Assembly (NCBI GenBank): GCA_002269645.1
Contig: NIVC01002407.1
Span: 84,233-148,232, forward strand
Direction: 5' to 3'
Length of the DNA stretch: 64,000 nucleotides
Source of the DNA: Macrostomum lignano
Lineage: Eukaryota
How positions within the stretch are numbered: position 1 is the first letter of the stretch; every line of letters starts with the position of its first letter. A program made the translations under genes and the position numbers. The notes under the pieces are model-generated. The model was not told the origin of the DNA and made no database searches. It saw only the letters and a list, made by a program, of their open reading frames with translations. Shown in pieces: positions 59,386-64,000 of the stretch.

Positions 59386-60585
59386 AGGTTGGATTCCCTA
59401 TTCCACTGGAACAACAGCTGCGAAGGCTGTGTATTTTTTTTATTAGAGGCAGGGGGGTTGTGTGCACCCTGGCGCACTTTAAGCGACATAGGCACACAAC
59501 CGGCGAGAGGCATTGCTGCCCATTCCGCCGACTCCCCTGAGCAGGCATACAAGCGCGCGGATACGTACGCAGGCACACACTCACACAGGAGTGTACAGCG
59601 GCCCTAACTTTATATTATCGTTAGGCATGTACACTTCACTGTGCCTTGGGGGTTGGCTCTCAAGGCCGTTAATTGCACGAGCAGAGCCAAGCCGAGATTC
59701 CAATTCAGCCCCAAATTATGTGACAGCACTTGGAATCGAGTCTGGGTCGCTGGGACACCAGAGCCTGCGCTAGACCGCTGGGCTGTGTAAGTGAAGTTTA
59801 AGTCTCAACTCAGTGTCGCGGTAGTCTTGTATTCGACTCGTCAAATGAGTAGCGTATAGCAGATCGTCAGCCGAGATAGAGCTACACTAATAAAGGAGGA
59901 ATGCACGCGGAATTTACCTAAATGGACACAGCAACCTGGGGTGAGAGGATAGTGAAGTGCTTGACTGGTGAGAGGACTCTAAATCCAACCTTAACTCTGA
60001 TCTGCACGCGGTAGGATGTTGAGTATTGAGTGTTGAGACTAAATGCAGACAGGGGGGGGTAAAAAAACAAAACAATGACTTTCATGCAAAAGAGAGAAGC
60101 AGGGCAAAGTCAAGACAGAAAAACCAGCCTGTAGACCAGAATTAAAATACAGTAGCTACTGGGGAGACTGAGCAAGAAGCATTTGAGCTGCAGACCTCAC
60201 TGCATGACACGCACAACGCAGCAGTATTACTTAACGTAAAAAGGAAGTCGCAACTGGTCTCGTAAATAATATGCATCTTTACCACAAATTAGAAAATCAC
60301 AACAACGAGTTCATCTGGCATATTTTACGAGCGTAATTACCAGATTGCTTTACATAAATACAGAACAATAGCCATCATCAGTGAGAATAATTTTCGCGGC
60401 CCCTGCAGTCAAGCTAATGAAGTAATAAAGGAGAACAATACGAGTACATTAGTGTAATCATAGTCAATACACGAGTGCAAATTCAAATAAAAAAGCGTCA
60501 TAGTTGGAGATACCGCAGTACAAAAGTTGCGAGCTAGAACAAACGAATCAAATATATCAAAATAAAAAAGTAACAGGTCGCCATC

Positions 60586-61707
60586 TTACCTAACCCTACC
60601 TGATATCCACGTCTGCTTGAAAGTTTTCGATGTTTTGAAACTTTCAGAAGGGAACTGAATCACTGAGAGCTCACCAATCAGCTGGAAGAAGCGAATCTCG
60701 CAGATGGTCAGGATCAGTCCAGTCAGGGTCTGAATCCGCAGCACTCTGCCGCTAAGGCCGCAGCTCACATTGAAGACGGACTCGGAAGCATTGGTGAAGT
60801 AGCTGGCGCACTGAACTTCGTCCATCAGCAGCTGGAAGAAGCGAATCTCGCAGATGGTCAGGATCAGTCCAGTCAGGGTCTGAATCCGCAGCACTCTGCC
60901 GCTAAGGCCGCAGCTCACATTGAAGACGGACTCGGAAGCATTGGTGAAGTAGCTGGCGCACTGAACTTCGTCCATCAGCAGCTGGAAGTTCGCCAGCCTC
61001 TCCGGGCAGCAGTCGGCTCGATTCCACAGGGTGACCAAGTCGACTCGAACTGAGGAGTTGAACTCGGCCTGCCACCAGGCTGCCGTGTCTGAGGCACCTG
61101 TAGCTGAGCAGCTGAGGGAGCCCCAGTCCTGCGCTGTGCTGCCATCGATGGCCTTGTCGCAGGTGGCGTATGTCGAATATTCGGAGCTGTGCTGGCAGGA
61201 GTCTGGCCACAGTGGCTGCACAACTGGCTGCGCCGTCAGCTGCGGCCTGCAATTGAGAAATGCTAGTGGGGCTGGCTCTCTCCGACTTCCAGGTTTACAC
61301 TCTGCATTAGACACCTCGGCAGCGCCTTGGCTCGGAAACCAGAAATTACAGGTTCGAATCCGCGCCGTTTGACGCAAAGAACTGCGTTGACAAAGGCAAA
61401 CGAATATTTGAGACACAAACACAGAGTATGTACATGCACGATGCAAAAGTGTGTGCTTGTGCACGAGGGAATTGTGTTCTCAAGGGCAGCCGAACTAAAA
61501 TTCTTAAACAACCGGCAGCTGTCTGACTGTCACCAGGGGCTTCAATCTGTTCCATTTATGTGAATGGAACACAGGAAAAACGCCCAAAACAAACCTACTA
61601 ATGCAGATTTTACATAGCTACAACCCAGCAAGCAGTTGGCACAGCCCGCACACGTTTGGCACTCACCAAACAGCTGGTAATATTAAAGCTATCAATGTAA
61701 ACTTCAT
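60586..61707 (-). CDS. Secreted F-type lectin (fucolectin/FTP domain) protein; exons 61707-61667 and 61246-about 60586 (3' end may splice further)
   Basis: Phase-2 junction gives signal MKFTLIALILPAVWPQLTA; QHSSEY..KAIDG..CSAT..WWQAEF..VTLWNRADCCPERL..LTICEIRF. Confidence 0.85.
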
Positions 61708-62057
61708 GTGATTTGAAATTATCTATGCAAGCTTAAAAATCTAAAATTCAATCTCTCGGCAAATCCATCATCACAGCGAGCAGTGCAGTGAATAAATAAT
61801 ATTCTCTAAATTCAGAAAACCAGCCACTTCCAGCTCAGCTTTCTTCGAGGGTGCTGATTGGTCCGGGCCATCAAGGTTCCGGAAAGTCAGGGTAAAAAGC
61901 TTGTAGTTTGAATTTTGCTTTGCTAGCTCGTACTAATCAGTAGCAGTAGAAGACTTTGGAGAAACAATTAAAAAAATTGATTTGTTATTCTGCGTCAGGA
62001 TGCTCCCCAAGAGCTCATGTATTTTTAACCAAAATTAGGCCATCAAATAAATTGTAA

Positions 62058-63140
62058 GAGGATCTGTGAGTGTGGCCCAGCAACTGAGGATCTGGGAAGC
62101 TGGCCCAGCAACAGAGGATCTGGGAGTGTGGCCCAGCAACTGAGGATCTGGGAGGCTGGCCCAGCAACTGAGGATCTGGGAGTGTGGCCCAGCAACTGAG
62201 GATCTGGGAGGCTGGTCCAGCAACTGAGGATCTGGGAGTGTGGCCCAGCAACTGAGGATCTGGGAGGCTGGCCCAGCAACTGAGGATCTGGGAGTGTGGC
62301 CCAGCAACAGAGGATCTGGGAGTGTGGCCCAGCAACTGAGGATCTGGGAGGCTGGCCCAGCAACTGAGGATCTGGGAGTGTGGCCCAGCAACTGAGGATC
62401 TGGGAGGCTGGTACAGCAACTGAGGATCTGGGAGTGTGGCCCAGCAACTGAGGATCTGGGAGGCTGGCCCAGCAACTGAGGATCTGGGAGTGTGGCCCAG
62501 CAACTGAGGATCTGGGAGGCTGGCCCAGCAACTGAGGATCTGGGAGTGTGGCCCAGCAACTGAGGATCTGGGAGTGTGGCCAGCAACTGAGGATCTGGGA
62601 GGCTGGTCCAGCAACTGAGGATCTGGGAGTGTGGCCTACAACTGAGGATCTAGGAGTGTGGCCTACAACTGAGGATCTGGGAGTGTGGCCTACAACTGAG
62701 GATCTGGGAGGCTGGCCCAGCAACTGAGGATCTGGGAGGCTGGCCCAGCAACTGAGGATCTGGGAGGCTGGCCCAGCAACTGAGGATCTGGGAGGCTGGC
62801 CCAGCAACTGAGGATCTGGGAGGCTGGCCCAGCAACTGAGGATCTGCGAGGCTGTTTCAGCAACTGAGGATCTGGGAGGCTGGCCCAGCAACTGAGGATC
62901 TGGGAGGCTGGCCCAGCAACTAAGGATCTGGGAGGCTGGTCCAGCAACTGAGGATCTGGGAGGCCGGCCCAGCAACTGAGGATCTGGGAGGCTCGCCCAG
63001 CAACTGAGGATCTGGGAGGCTGGCCCAGAAACTGAGGATCTGAAAGGCTGGCCCAGCAACTGAGGATCTGGGAGGCTCGCCAGCAACTGAGGATCTGGGA
63101 GGCTGGCCCAACAACTGGGGATCTGGGAGGGCGGCCCAGC
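62058..63140 (+). repeat. 28-bp minisatellite with GGAGTGTGG and GGAGGCTGG variants
   Basis: About 38 copies upstream of the lectin gene. Confidence 0.95.
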
Positions 63141-63685
63141 TGCTTAAAATTTCTTTTTGCGAAGTTTTGAAATTAGTTTGGAGGTAATCACAGTAATTAA
63201 GTATCAATTTTTAGCAAGGCAAATTGCAAAACGTTTTTACAATAGGTATATTATTTGAGTGCATTATTAATAAGCAAGACACGCAAGCGGGAGAGTTAAG
63301 TTACAATGCAATCGATACAGTCGCAAGCCGGGATAAAAGACAGGGCCAATATTGAATACGTAGCTCTTACGTATATGTGATTTAATTATAATTTAAAATA
63401 GGCTGAGAAATTGATACGTTTCTCAGTAATACGAGAAAAAAATTAATATTGGCCTAGCTGGCAATCTGCAGATTAATACAGTGCGCCAAAGTATTTTATT
63501 TACAGTCTAAAGGGTAGTTTGTTATGACTGCTAGACCATGAAGTGTTATTACACAGCAGGGGTGCAAAAATTGCAAGAATTACTCTCTCCTGCATGCTGT
63601 TTAACACAACGCTTCAATATCTACGGGAGATATCATAATGAATATTTCCGATGCATTAAACTACGCATAAGAAATTGCCGCATGG

Positions 63686-64000
63686 TCGGAGACTCGAACT
63701 GGGGTCTGGGAATCTAGGAGGTCGGAGAATCGAACTCGGGACCTCGGAGGTCTGAGACTTGAATTGGGGATTTGAGAGGTCTGAGACTCGAACTCGGGAC
63801 CTCAGAGGTCGGAGACTTGAACTGGGGGTATGAGAATGAGAGGTCTGAGACTCGAACTCGGAACCTCGGAGGCTTGAGACTTGAACTGGGAATATGAGAG
63901 GTTCCAATGAGACTCGAACTCGGGACCTCAGAGGTTTGAAACTCGAACTCGGGACCAGAGTTTGAAACTCGAACTGGGACCATAAATTCGGAGACTCAAA
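63686..64000. repeat. About 29-bp alternating minisatellite (GAGGTCTGAGACTCGAACTCGGGACCTC), running off the window end
   Basis: Imperfect tandem copies. Confidence 0.85.

Overview
Eukaryotic, repeat-rich genomic DNA. The GC-rich, polyQ/A-rich exons, (TCTG)n tracts and apple-domain gene suggest an invertebrate such as the flatworm Macrostomum; this is inference. Five host genes can be assembled by hand: (1) a Hey bHLH-Orange repressor (+, 3 exons); (2) a 4-exon PDZ-only, PDLIM/Zasp-like gene (-) hidden among satellites and missed by the ORF track; (3) an intronless secreted PAN/apple + ConA/LamG-like protein (+); (4) an MFSD2-like MFS transporter (+, at least 3 exons, start not found); (5) a secreted F-type lectin (-) with an exact in-frame 150-bp internal duplication. 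Mobile DNA includes an intact 6.6-kb Ty3/Gypsy element with identical LTRs, a decayed mariner whose empty site is preserved next door, hAT and Mutator-like MITEs with TSDs, a P-element-like THAP element, a LINE RT relic, a CORE-like tRNA SINE family, and an 8.7-kb head-to-tail array of Helitron-like units carrying telomere-type repeats. Many micro- and minisatellites are present. Several share a sequence core, and many start within about 30-75 nt of splice sites. All results are by-eye; no searches were run.
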